Assembly (NCBI GenBank): GCA_943333275.1
Contig: CALQSQ010000013.1
Span: forward strand, 1,975 to 65,974
Direction: 5' to 3'
DNA from: Akkermansia muciniphila
GTDB lineage: Bacteria > Verrucomicrobiota > Verrucomicrobiia > Verrucomicrobiales > V1-33
DNA length: 64,000 nt
Shown here: piece by piece, positions 8,827 through 17,912 of the stretch
Layout: every line of letters starts with the position of its first letter
Numbering within the stretch: the stretch's first letter is position 1
Translations under genes and position numbers: made by a program
The notes under the pieces: generated by a model
Seen by the model: the letters and a program-made list of their open reading frames with translations, nothing else
What the model was told of the DNA's origin: nothing
The model's database searches: none

Positions 8827-9768
8827 ATGAAAACACTCCTCTGCTGCAGCCTGTTCGCCCTGGGTTTCACTCAAGCCTCTCCGACGGATGCGGAATTGCT
8901 GAGCATCGTGAAGGACCGGGCCAAACTTGAACGTCTGACGCCAAAGCCCAAGGAGGTGAATTCCCGTTTCGCCGAATTGTGCAGAACGCTCACGCCTGCA
9001 GAGGCGGATGAACAAGCCAAACTTCGACTGGTCCCGGGCCATGATGCTTCCTCGATCCACGCCTTTGCCAGCCCGGCGGCGGCCCAGTCGTATTTCGATC
9101 CTTGGGGGAAATTTTCCGAAGGCAGTCTGGTGCTGAAGGAAAAGCTCGCTACGACGGAGAATAAAACTCAGGGCTTCACTGGAATGCTGAAACGCGAAGC
9201 CGGATACTTTCCGGAGGGTGGTGATTGGGAATATTTTACGGTGGATGGGAGCGCGGCGAAAATCATTGAGCGTGGAAAAATGGCATCCTGTGCGGAGTGT
9301 CACGGCTCCTATGCCCAGAGCGATTTTATCACCAAGCTCTCCGCTTCCGCTGCGCAGCTCAGCGGTGGGCGAATCATGCTGCATTCCAGCAAGGCCGCGC
9401 CGCACGGGGAGAAACTTCAATACGAGCCCCTCGAAAAGAAAAACACACTGGGATTCTGGGTCAATGCCGCCGACTGGGCGGATTGGAAATTCAACGTTCA
9501 AAAACCCGGCACCTATGTCATCCATATCTGGCAGGGATGCGGCACGGGGAGCGGTGGCGCTGAGGTGGAGGTGAGTTGTGCCGGGCAGTCGAGTAAATTT
9601 ATCGTCAAGGACACCGGGCATTTCCAAAATTTCGAAGAGCGGGAAATCGGCGAAATCACCTTCAAGGAGGCCGGTGAACAGACGCTGGAACTGCGCGCCA
9701 AATCAAAACCCGGTGGAGCCGTGATGGATTGCCGCCAGATCATTCTGGTGCCGAAGGTCGCGAAATAG
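8827..9768 (+). CDS. Secreted cytochrome P460-like haem-c domain fused to a CBM6/35-like beta-sandwich
   Basis: A signal peptide is followed by ...GSLVLKEK...[23 protein letters not shown]...SCAECHG, which shows the P460 family pattern and a single CxxCH. The C-terminal ~110 aa ([27 protein letters not shown]...[22 protein letters not shown]) look like a carbohydrate-binding module. Confidence 0.6.
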   Translation: MKTLLCCSLFALGFTQASPTDAELLSIVKDRAKLERLTPKPKEVNSRFAELCRTLTPAEADEQAKLRLVPGHDASSIHAFASPAAAQSYFDPWGKFSEGSLVLKEKLATTENKTQGFTGMLKREAGYFPEGGDWEYFTVDGSAAKIIERGKMASCAECHGSYAQSDFITKLSASAAQLSGGRIMLHSSKAAPHGEKLQYEPLEKKNTLGFWVNAADWADWKFNVQKPGTYVIHIWQGCGTGSGGAEVEVSCAGQSSKFIVKDTGHFQNFEEREIGEITFKEAGEQTLELRAKSKPGGAVMDCRQIILVPKVAK

Positions 9769-9838
9769 TCCTACGCATGCGCTCATGCGGAGCGATTGGC
9801 CATTGCCATGCCCGGGCCGTCTCTGGCATGATTCCGGC

Positions 9839-11203
9839 ATGGATCACAAATATACGCCCAACACTGTTGCCTCCACCCGCCGTCAATTTCTGCGCACGTC
9901 AGCGCTTACAACCGCTGCCCTGGGATTTCCCGCAGTGGTTCGTGCCCAGAACTTGAACAGCAAATTAAACATCGCAGTGATCGGATGTGGGGGACGCGGG
10001 GGAAGCAATCTGGCCGATGTGGCAGCAGCCGGGGAGCACATCGTGGCGCTCTGCGATGTGAACGAAAACAATCTGAATTCGGCGGCGGCCAAATATGCGG
10101 AGGCTAAGAAATTTATCGATTTCCGGCAACTCTATGCCGAACTGAAGGATTACGATGCCGTGGTGGTGAGCACCGCGGAACACACGCACGCGCTGGCCAC
10201 GCTCCCTGCACTCAAGGCTGGCAAGCACGTCTACTGTGAAAAACCCCTCACCCACAATGTCTGGGAAACGCGGATCATTCGTGAGGCCGCCAAGAAGGCG
10301 AAAGTGGCGACGCAGATGGGCACGCAGATTCATGCCGGGACAAATTATCGTCGTGTGGTGGAACTGATCCAGGGCGGGGCGATTGGTCCGGTGACGGAAG
10401 CCCACGTCTGGGTTTCGCGGGCCTGGGGATTGCAGAGTCCTGAGGCGGCGGCGAAGTTTGGCGATATTCTGGCGGTGCAGGATCGCCCTAAGGAAGCGCA
10501 AACGCCGCCGGCGTATTTCCATTGGGATTTGTTTCTCGGACCAGCAGCGGACCGGCCATTTCACAGCGATTATTTCCCAGGGCCGAAATGGTATCGGTGG
10601 TGGGATTTCGGCAGCGGGACTATGAGCGATCTGGGGTCGCATTGGAATGATCTTCCCTTCTGGGCGCTAAAACTCGATGCCCCGCTTACCGTTGAAGCCT
10701 CCGGTCCTCCGCCGCATCCCGAGCTGGCCCCGGCATCGATGTCCGCCCACTACGAATATGGTCCGCGTGGTGACATGCCGGCCGTGAAACTCACCTGGTA
10801 TCAGGGTGAAATGAAACCTCAAATATGGAAGGACAAACAAATCCCCCAGTGGGATTCCGCCTGCCTGTTCATCGGCAGCAAGGGCATGCTGCTGGCGGAT
10901 TACGACAAGCATGTGCTTCTGCCAGAGGAAAAATTTAAGGATTTCGTGGCCCCGGCGCCGACGATCCCGAACAGCATCGGGCACCATGCAGAATGGCTGC
11001 ATGCCTGCAAAAACGGCGGGCCAACGACTTGTAATTTTGATTACAGCGGCGGGCTCACCGAGGCCAACCACCTGGGAAATGTGGCGTATCGCGTCGGAAA
11101 GAAAATCGTCTGGGACGCTGCCAAACTTCAGGTGACGAATGTTCCGGAGGCGGCGGCGTTTGTGAAACGGACGTATCGCAAGGGGTGGGAGTTCAATGCG
11201 TAG
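9839..11203 (+). CDS. TAT-exported Gfo/Idh/MocA family oxidoreductase
   Basis: The twin-arginine signal [26 protein letters not shown] is followed by the Rossmann motif [13 protein letters not shown] and EKP(L). I prefer the ATG at 9839. Confidence 0.85.
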   Translation: MDHKYTPNTVASTRRQFLRTSALTTAALGFPAVVRAQNLNSKLNIAVIGCGGRGGSNLADVAAAGEHIVALCDVNENNLNSAAAKYAEAKKFIDFRQLYAELKDYDAVVVSTAEHTHALATLPALKAGKHVYCEKPLTHNVWETRIIREAAKKAKVATQMGTQIHAGTNYRRVVELIQGGAIGPVTEAHVWVSRAWGLQSPEAAAKFGDILAVQDRPKEAQTPPAYFHWDLFLGPAADRPFHSDYFPGPKWYRWWDFGSGTMSDLGSHWNDLPFWALKLDAPLTVEASGPPPHPELAPASMSAHYEYGPRGDMPAVKLTWYQGEMKPQIWKDKQIPQWDSACLFIGSKGMLLADYDKHVLLPEEKFKDFVAPAPTIPNSIGHHAEWLHACKNGGPTTCNFDYSGGLTEANHLGNVAYRVGKKIVWDAAKLQVTNVPEAAAFVKRTYRKGWEFNA

Positions 11204-11278
11204 GGGAGGCGGACGTCAGACGCTTTTCAATTGGGTCGCGTGAAGTGACTCAGCCAGTGAAGGGCCTCGTGAGTGGGT

Positions 11279-11305
11279 GGGCTCTCGTGACCCCGCCCTC
11301 TACCG
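11279..11305. repeat. Half-copy of the 7873-7958 palindromic element
   Basis: GGGCTCTCGTGACCCCGCCCTCTACC compared with GGGTCTCGTGACCTCGCCCTCTACG at 7934-7958. No clean partner arm is present upstream. Confidence 0.5.
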
Positions 11306-11328
11306 CTGTGGCTGAATGAAAGGTTTTG

Positions 11329-11497
11329 AGGTGGGGCGAGGCTGCGTCCGAGCCTGTCGTGAGGGAGGCTGGGGAGTTGGGGTGCTGCTGGTCCTGCGAA
11401 GATTGACTGGCGCACAGCTCTGCTGCGCAAGGCTGGGGTGTTATGAATCCTTGGAATTTGTGACACGAATGGGCTCGGGCACAGCCTCGCCCCACCT
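11329..11497. repeat. MITE-like element, copy 1 (169 bp, 26-bp terminal inverted repeats)
   Basis: AGGTGGGGCGAGGCTGCGTCCGAGCC (11329-11354) pairs with GGCTCGGGCACAGCCTCGCCCCACCT (11472-11497) with 2 mismatches. The interior is homologous to the reverse complement of the interior of the copy at 21567-21739. Confidence 0.8.
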
Positions 11498-11513
11498 TGG
11501 AAGACCCGCTTGG

Positions 11514-11906
11514 TTAAAGCTTGTCGAAGGCGGACTGGTTAGGGTCGTGGGCACCGGTTCCGCCGGTGGCGGGGGCGGCTCCGGGGACGGGCATCTTGCT
11601 TTTCTCGGCCTTTTGTTTGGAAAGGACGGAGGCGGCGTAAGGGATGGCGTCGGTGGTGGGAATGGTCACCAGTTGTTTGTCCTTGTCGAAAGCGTATTTG
11701 GTGGCCTCAGCCTCCTGATCCGTGTCCACAAGGGCCTTTCTGGCGAGGCGATCTGCGCCGACTCCGCCGTCGAGGGGATCGGTGGAATCCGGACCGAAGA
11801 GGCCTTTGACGAGGTAAATGAGGATGCCGAATGCCAGCACGGCGGCAATGGTTCCCCAGAAGGCGAGGAATCGTTTACCGAGGGTATCTCCGGGATGTTC
11901 GTCCAT
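11514..11906 (-). CDS. Small single-TM membrane protein at the end of the act cluster (possibly ActG-like)
   Basis: 130-aa ORF lying 45 bp downstream of actF on the same strand. It has one TM helix (FLAFWGTIAAVLAFGILIYLV). No family motif is recognised. Confidence 0.45.
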   Translation of the reverse strand: MDEHPGDTLGKRFLAFWGTIAAVLAFGILIYLVKGLFGPDSTDPLDGGVGADRLARKALVDTDQEAEATKYAFDKDKQLVTIPTTDAIPYAASVLSKQKAEKSKMPVPGAAPATGGTGAHDPNQSAFDKL

Positions 11907-11951
11907 GTTGTTGAGAGAGTGAGTGGAGTGGGAGAGTTGGAAAGTGAGGAA

Positions 11952-13322
11952 TTAGTTCATCAAGTTCACAGACTCCTCGAGGCGGGGATCGCCGCAGGGA
12001 TAGATGCTGGCAGTGGCGAGGCGTTTGAGGAAGAAGTAGCCGAAGAGTCCGGCGAAAGTCACGAGCGCCAGGGCATCGAGACCGAAGTCGACGGCGAGGC
12101 GGCCGAATTTCGGGGCGGCACTGGCATCATAGAGGACCGGTCCGCGCTGGGGGATCACCCACCAGTAAACTTCCAGCAGGTGGATGAAAATGACATAGAC
12201 GGCGATGCCCATGATGACGTTGAGGTTCTTCTTGGCATCGCGTTTCAACAGGGCCAGGAACGGCACCACGAAGTGCAGGAAGGTCAGCGCGATGCTGAAG
12301 AACCACCAGCCGCCCGTGTTCCGAATGGCGTAAAACTGCGTTTCCTCAGGAATGTTTGCATACCAGATGAGGAAGTATTGGCTGAAACAGATGTAGGCCC
12401 AGAAGATGATGAAGGCATGCATCAGTTTCCCCATGATGTGAAAATGCTCGGCGGAAACAATGTGCTTGAAGTGCCCGGTCCGGCGCAGCATGCCCACCAC
12501 CAGGATGATCAATGCCATGGAACTCAGGGCCGAGGCGGCGAACACGTTGACCGGCCACATGGTGCTGAACCATTTGTAGTTCAATCCCTCGATCCAGTCG
12601 ATCGCCGCAAAGCTGGAGAAAACGGCCATGACAGGCAACCAGCCTGCGGCGAAACGGCGTGCGCTGAAGGTGGTTTGCACGTCGCCCGTGGTGTCCTGGC
12701 TGACGCTGTAAACGCGCATTTTCCAGGCTCCAAATCCGAGGAGCGCAAAGAAGATGATGTAGCGCATGTCCCAGCCGGGAATCACTCCCCAGCCAAGGTG
12801 CAGGTAGCCGTATTTGTGCGCCAGGAGATGCGTGGCATGGCCACCCGCATGAATCTGGGCTGGCAGCGAGGCCTCCACGCCTTCGGGAAGCGCCACCGTA
12901 TCTGCGATGTAGGCGTGATGCCCAATCCAAGTCCAGACCGTTTCCCTGACATTAGGAATCAGAATCAACGGCAGGCCGAGAATGAAGATGAGCAGGAAGT
13001 TGTTGGAAAGCGTCTCCGGAATCCGGCGGATAGCGACGCCCCAGCCGGAGTTGGAGGCATTGTGGAGGAGGACCCAAAACAGAGCACCGACGGTGATGGT
13101 GAAGAAGACCTCGAAGGCGAAGAGCCAGGAGAAGGAAAAGGAACGTCCGAGGGAATCGCGCGCCCCTTCGCTGAAGATTTGCGGAAGCAGGAGGAAGGCC
13201 GAAATGACCGCGCCCACACCGCCCACCAAAAGGCAGAGGGATTTGAGCGAGGCGATTTTATCCACGCGGAGGTTCTCTCCTCCTGCGGGGATCTCGGTGA
13301 CTGCGATGTGATGGTGGCTCAT
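11952..13322 (-). CDS. actF: Alternative complex III subunit ActF (second NrfD-like, quinone-binding membrane subunit)
   Basis: 456-aa polytopic membrane protein in the position and of the size expected for ActF. It follows the actC-actD-actE order. Confidence 0.75.
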   Translation of the reverse strand: MSHHHIAVTEIPAGGENLRVDKIASLKSLCLLVGGVGAVISAFLLLPQIFSEGARDSLGRSFSFSWLFAFEVFFTITVGALFWVLLHNASNSGWGVAIRRIPETLSNNFLLIFILGLPLILIPNVRETVWTWIGHHAYIADTVALPEGVEASLPAQIHAGGHATHLLAHKYGYLHLGWGVIPGWDMRYIIFFALLGFGAWKMRVYSVSQDTTGDVQTTFSARRFAAGWLPVMAVFSSFAAIDWIEGLNYKWFSTMWPVNVFAASALSSMALIILVVGMLRRTGHFKHIVSAEHFHIMGKLMHAFIIFWAYICFSQYFLIWYANIPEETQFYAIRNTGGWWFFSIALTFLHFVVPFLALLKRDAKKNLNVIMGIAVYVIFIHLLEVYWWVIPQRGPVLYDASAAPKFGRLAVDFGLDALALVTFAGLFGYFFLKRLATASIYPCGDPRLEESVNLMN

Positions 13323-13350
13323 CGATGGAAAGGTGGGTCGGGAATCTTGG

Positions 13351-14088
13351 TTATTCTTTGGCTTTGCCTGCTTGCTTGGCGGCGTCCCAGGCTTTGGCGA
13401 CGGCGGGGTCGCTCAGCGGAGCAGAGCGGCTCAGGCCGAAGGTGCGGACGTAAGCGATGACCGCCCAGCGGTCAGGCACGTTGATTTTGTCGCCATAGCG
13501 GCCCATGAGGCCCTGGCCGTAGGTGATCGTATTGAAGATGGACCCGTTGGGTTTGTAGGTGGCGTTCTCCTTGTCCGTGAAGGCGGCGCTGGTGAAGTCG
13601 GCAATATTGGCAATCCCGTAGGCGGCCTTGGGGGTGTCCTGGCGCATGGCGAGGGCTCCCTTGCCATTGCCAGCCTTGCCGTGGCAGATGGCGCAATGTA
13701 TGTTGTAAACCTGCTGGCCGCGGCGGATCGAGACCTCGTTGATTTCCACACCGTCGGGAAATCCATCGCCCCAGAACGTGCCGTCTTCCATTTTACCGGA
13801 GCTGTAATAATCGGAACCCCCGGAGGAGAATCCGTAGGGATCACGATATCCGTCAGCCGCCAGTTTATCCGGAAGTGTGGCTCCCATGGGCGTGGCTCCG
13901 ATCACCGGCTGGCGGGCACCCTGGCCATCGGCGAAGAAATAGTTTGAGGCTTGCGGACGGACTTTGCCCTGATGGGCCATGTCGTCGAAGATTTCGATCG
14001 GAGGTTTGGAAAACTTATCACCGCGGAACCCGGCGACGCCGACGACGGTGACGCAGATGAGGAGGAAGGCTAGAAAGAAGTGGCGCAT
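13351..14088 (-). CDS. actE: Alternative complex III monohaem cytochrome c subunit ActE
   Basis: 245 aa with an N-terminal membrane anchor and a single CxxCH (CAICHG) followed by ...GLMGRYGDK (distal Met region). It lies between actD and actF. Confidence 0.75.
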   Translation of the reverse strand: MRHFFLAFLLICVTVVGVAGFRGDKFSKPPIEIFDDMAHQGKVRPQASNYFFADGQGARQPVIGATPMGATLPDKLAADGYRDPYGFSSGGSDYYSSGKMEDGTFWGDGFPDGVEINEVSIRRGQQVYNIHCAICHGKAGNGKGALAMRQDTPKAAYGIANIADFTSAAFTDKENATYKPNGSIFNTITYGQGLMGRYGDKINVPDRWAVIAYVRTFGLSRSAPLSDPAVAKAWDAAKQAGKAKE

Positions 14089-14100
14089 GATTTCGGGAAA

Positions 14101-14661
14101 TTAAATTTCGTCCTCCACGATTTCGAGATTTTTGCCGCCGAGTTCCTTGAGAAACGCCTGGGTTTTCTCGATGGAAAAACTTGGGTCGCGGGCTTCGATG
14201 CACAGGAAGAAGCCATCATCGGAGAATTTGAGAAAATTCTGGGAGTTGAAGAGCGGGTGGTTTAACCGGGGCAATTTCATGAGAGCCAGACCACCGAACA
14301 GACAGGTAAAGGCCGAGAAAAGGATTGTCAGTTCGAACATGACCGGGAAGAACGCCGGAATGGTGAAAATGTTCGCGGGCTTGGATTGAACCACAGTCGG
14401 ATAGATGACAACCTGAGTGATGTATTGCAGCAGAAACGCGGTGGTGGTGCCGGTGGCACCGCCGATGAGCACGAAGAGCGACAGGATGCTCTTGGGCAGG
14501 CCCATGGCATCGTCCATGCCGTGGATGGGGAACGGGCTGTGGACATCCCAGTGTTTGAATCCGGCATCGCGCACTTTTTCAGCGGCACGATAAAGGTCCT
14601 GAACGTTGGAGAATTCCGCGAGGGCTCCGTGGACGCGCTTCAATGGGGTGGATTGGGCCAT
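14101..14661 (-). CDS. actD: Alternative complex III subunit ActD (DUF3341-like)
   Basis: 186 aa. A soluble N-terminal part (LAEFSNVQDLYRAAEKVRDAGFKHWDVHSPFPIHG) is followed by two TM helices, which is the typical ActD layout. It lies directly downstream of actC. Confidence 0.8.
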   Translation of the reverse strand: MAQSTPLKRVHGALAEFSNVQDLYRAAEKVRDAGFKHWDVHSPFPIHGMDDAMGLPKSILSLFVLIGGATGTTTAFLLQYITQVVIYPTVVQSKPANIFTIPAFFPVMFELTILFSAFTCLFGGLALMKLPRLNHPLFNSQNFLKFSDDGFFLCIEARDPSFSIEKTQAFLKELGGKNLEIVEDEI

Positions 14662-14703
14662 GATGTCAGCAGAAAAGTTGGGTCGCGTGGCAATGATTGA
14701 AAA

Positions 14704-16233
14704 TTAGGCCCCGCCGGGGATACCATCAGGGGCGAGAGTCGGCTGCGTATCCGAACTGGGGTTGTCCACTTCCTTGAGGTAGGGGCGGACGACGGTTTTG
14801 CGCTTGGAGCGGGTGGGGTCGTAATGCGGGTCAGCCTCGGGCAGCACGCCTTTGACTTCGCTCATGGCGATGACTGGCAGGAAGCGCAGGAAAAGCAGGA
14901 AGAGCATTGTGAAGAGACCGATGGTGCCAATGAACGACCAGATTTCCACCCAGGTGGGATGGTAGTCGTCCCACTGACCGGGCAGGAAGTCCCGCGCCAA
15001 GGTGGTGACGATGATCACGAAACGCTCATACCACATCCCGGCATTGACGAACATACAGACGGTCATGACGATCCACAGTTTCTCCCGGCAGTATTTAAAC
15101 CAGAAGGCCTGCGGGGCGATCACGTTGCAGAAGAACATGGCGTAGTAAGTCCAGGTGTAGGGACCATACATGATCCGGATCTTGAAGGCATCGAACTCGT
15201 AGTTGCTGCCCGAATACCAGGCGACAAACAGCTCCATGAGGTAAGCAAAGCCGACGATGGATCCCGTCAGCGCGATGATCTTGGTCATGTTGTCGATGTG
15301 CTTTGCGGTGAGCAGATCATGCAGTCCGTAGATGCTGCGGCAGGGGATCATGAGCGTGAGCACCATGGCGAATCCGCCGAAGATCGCGCCCGCCACGAAG
15401 TAGGGAGGGAAAATGGTGGTGTGCCAGCCGGGAACGACGGAGGTGGCGAAGTCGAAGGACACGACCGTGTGCACGGAGAGCACGAGCGGCGTGGAAAGCG
15501 CGGCCAGGAGGAGATAGGCCATTTCATAATGCCGCCACTGGCGGTTGCCGCCACGCCATCCGAGGGCGAAGATGCCGTAGGCCAGCTTTTTGATGCTGCT
15601 CTTGGCGCGATCCCGCATCGTAGCCAGGTCAGGAACGAGGCCTAGATACCAGAAGATGACGGAGACCGTGAAATACGTCGAAACAGCGAACACGTCCCAG
15701 AGCAGCGGGGATTTGAAATTCTGCCAGATGGCATTGCTGTTGGGGATGGGTGCCAGGAAGTAAACCATCCAAACCCGGCCCACGTGCAGGGCGGGGAAAA
15801 TACCCGCGCAGACGACCGCGAAGAGTGTCATCGCTTCCGCAGCACGGTTCACGCCTGTCCGCCATTTCTGACGCGTCAGGAAAAGAATGGCCGAAATCAG
15901 CGTTCCAGCGTGACCGATCCCGATCCAGAACACGAAATTCGTAATGTCCCAGCACCAGGCGACCGGGTGATTCGTCCCCCAGACTCCGATACCGGTGGCA
16001 ATGAGGTAGGTGAAACACGAAACCAGCACAATCGTCAGGAGGAAACATGGGACGATGAGATACCACCAGAGTTTGGGCTGCGGTTTCTCCACGATGCCGG
16101 AGACTTTTTCCGTAATCCAGTGCATGGAGCGGTTGTTGAGAACCAGCGGTTCCCGCGTCAGCACTTGGGCGACGCTGTTTCCGCCTCCGGCGGGAGCGTG
16201 GCTGTGATCGTGTGTGTCAGTAGCAGATGCCAT
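14704..16233 (-). CDS. actC: Alternative complex III subunit ActC (NrfD/PsrC-like quinol-interacting membrane subunit)
   Basis: About 510-aa polytopic protein with the NrfD-like pattern ([24 protein letters not shown]...). The ORF-track start at 16248 is TTG, and the first ATG is at 16233. Confidence 0.85.
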   Translation of the reverse strand: MASATDTHDHSHAPAGGGNSVAQVLTREPLVLNNRSMHWITEKVSGIVEKPQPKLWWYLIVPCFLLTIVLVSCFTYLIATGIGVWGTNHPVAWCWDITNFVFWIGIGHAGTLISAILFLTRQKWRTGVNRAAEAMTLFAVVCAGIFPALHVGRVWMVYFLAPIPNSNAIWQNFKSPLLWDVFAVSTYFTVSVIFWYLGLVPDLATMRDRAKSSIKKLAYGIFALGWRGGNRQWRHYEMAYLLLAALSTPLVLSVHTVVSFDFATSVVPGWHTTIFPPYFVAGAIFGGFAMVLTLMIPCRSIYGLHDLLTAKHIDNMTKIIALTGSIVGFAYLMELFVAWYSGSNYEFDAFKIRIMYGPYTWTYYAMFFCNVIAPQAFWFKYCREKLWIVMTVCMFVNAGMWYERFVIIVTTLARDFLPGQWDDYHPTWVEIWSFIGTIGLFTMLFLLFLRFLPVIAMSEVKGVLPEADPHYDPTRSKRKTVVRPYLKEVDNPSSDTQPTLAPDGIPGGA

Positions 16234-16302
16234 GAGCGATGGATTCAATAAAATAGTGACGGCCCGCCCGTGATCCGGGTAGTCCTGTCACCCGATATAG
16301 GC

Positions 16303-16324
16303 GCTTGTGAAAAATTTCACAAGC
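16303..16324. promoter_or_regulatory. Perfect CRP/FNR-family type palindrome TGTGA-N6-TCACA upstream of actC
   Basis: GCTTGTGAAAAATTTCACAAGC has 10-bp perfect arms, with TGTGA at 16306-16310 and TCACA at 16317-16321. Its centre is ~80 bp upstream of the actC ATG, within a 195-bp intergenic gap. Confidence 0.5.
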
Positions 16325-16443
16325 GGGAAATCATAAAAAAAGTCACACCCGGCACGGGTCGTGGTTCTTTGGTGCAGGAACAGGCGCGGATGGAGGGACG
16401 GGAGGCCCGGACTCCGCGTTTCGAAGGCCGATTTTCGAGGGGC

Positions 16444-17838
16444 TTATTTCAGCAGATCCGCCGGGATATTGGCGTCCTTGACCTTGACCTCGGCGTTGGC
16501 TCCGGCGTCGATCCACCATTTGATGAGGGCGAGTTCCTTGTCGGTGAGCTGGGGCTTTTTATCGGGGGGCATGTGGTCCTCGTTATCGGCGGGAAGCTGG
16601 GCGCGTAGGACGACGTGGCTCTCGGCGCTTTTGCCAGCGACGACGGCGGGGGCCTTTTCCTGATTTTCACCACCTTTGAGGAGGCTGGCGAAATCGTGCA
16701 TCTGAAGTTTGCCCTTCTGCTTTTCGGTGCCGTGGCAGCCGGTACATTTTTCCTTGAAAATGGGAAGAATCACTGCGGTAAACGCGGCGGCCTCGGGGTC
16801 TGCTGGAGCGGCAGCGGTGGGTGCCGCGGGAGCCGGAGCGGGTGGGGGCACGGGAGCACCAATGACATTTTCCCATCCGAGGTTGATCATGAGCTTGGGG
16901 AGCTTGGTGTGCAGGGCTTCGGCGGCGGGCTTGGTGACGCCGGTTTGCCATGCATAGAGGGATTTGAGGTTGGCGAGTTTCTCCAGCTTGGCGAGGCCGG
17001 CATCGGTGATTTTTGTGCCGTAGAGGTTGAGGTATTCGAGTTTTTCCAGACCAAGGAGGGCATCGATTCCCGCGTCGGAAACAGCCGTATTTTCCAGGCG
17101 CAGGCGGGTGAGGTTTTTCATTCCGGCCAGGCTCTGCAGGCCGGCGTCGGTGACTTTGCTGCGGCCGAGATTGAGATCGGCGAAACGATCCGCGATGCCG
17201 GCAAATTTGGCGAGGGCGACATCATCGAATTTGTCCGCCACGTTGATGACGTTGAAGGTAAGTCCGGCGTCATTCTGGGCAACCTGGAGGATGGGGCTGC
17301 CGATTTCCTTTTCGAGGGCGATGACTTTTTCATCGCGGGCATTGACGGGCGGGGCGGCGGCGGCGGCGATGGAGGCGGGGGCGGCGGCGATGACGTAGGT
17401 TTCCTTGGCTTTGGCGAGGACGAGGTCCTTGAGTTCGGCGGGGGGATTGGAGTCCTTGACGAGAACTTTGGCGTCGGCTCCAGCGGCAACCCACCATTTG
17501 AGAAGGTTCGTTTCCTCAGGGGTGAGCTGGGGTTTGTCCTTGGGCGGCATGTGATCGTCATGCTCGGGAGGAAGAGCGGTGCGGACGAGGGATTCACTGG
17601 TGGCAGGGTCCTTGGGGATGATGGATGGCTTGTTATTTTCGCCGCCCTTGAGCATGGCCTCATAAGTGTCCAGACGCAGCTTGCCTTTTTGTTTGGCGGG
17701 GCCGTGGCAGCCGATGCATTTGCCGTTGAAGATATTCAAGACGACGGCTTCGAGGACAGTCTTGTCCTCGGGCGCAGTCTCCGCCCAGGCGGAAAATGGC
17801 AGGGAGGCGGCGGCGAGGAGGAGGAGTGAACGCATCAT
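16444..17838 (-). CDS. Secreted protein: PSCyt1 haem-c domain, leucine-rich repeats, PSCyt1 haem-c domain
   Basis: A signal peptide is followed by two PSCyt1-type modules (CIGCHG... and CTGCHG..., each followed by KGKLxL...KGGE...DHMPP...L..WW..AGA). Between them are LRR units (LNLGRSKVTDAGLQSLAGMKNLTRLRLENTAVSDAGIDALLGLEKLEYLNLYGTKITDAGL). Confidence 0.8.
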   Translation of the reverse strand: MMRSLLLLAAASLPFSAWAETAPEDKTVLEAVVLNIFNGKCIGCHGPAKQKGKLRLDTYEAMLKGGENNKPSIIPKDPATSESLVRTALPPEHDDHMPPKDKPQLTPEETNLLKWWVAAGADAKVLVKDSNPPAELKDLVLAKAKETYVIAAAPASIAAAAAPPVNARDEKVIALEKEIGSPILQVAQNDAGLTFNVINVADKFDDVALAKFAGIADRFADLNLGRSKVTDAGLQSLAGMKNLTRLRLENTAVSDAGIDALLGLEKLEYLNLYGTKITDAGLAKLEKLANLKSLYAWQTGVTKPAAEALHTKLPKLMINLGWENVIGAPVPPPAPAPAAPTAAAPADPEAAAFTAVILPIFKEKCTGCHGTEKQKGKLQMHDFASLLKGGENQEKAPAVVAGKSAESHVVLRAQLPADNEDHMPPDKKPQLTDKELALIKWWIDAGANAEVKVKDANIPADLLK

Positions 17839-17912
17839 AGTTTTGGTAAATTTAGCGAAGGCAGGAACGCCGCGATTGACCGTGGCGTCAAGTTACGCGG
17901 GTTCGTGGAGGA

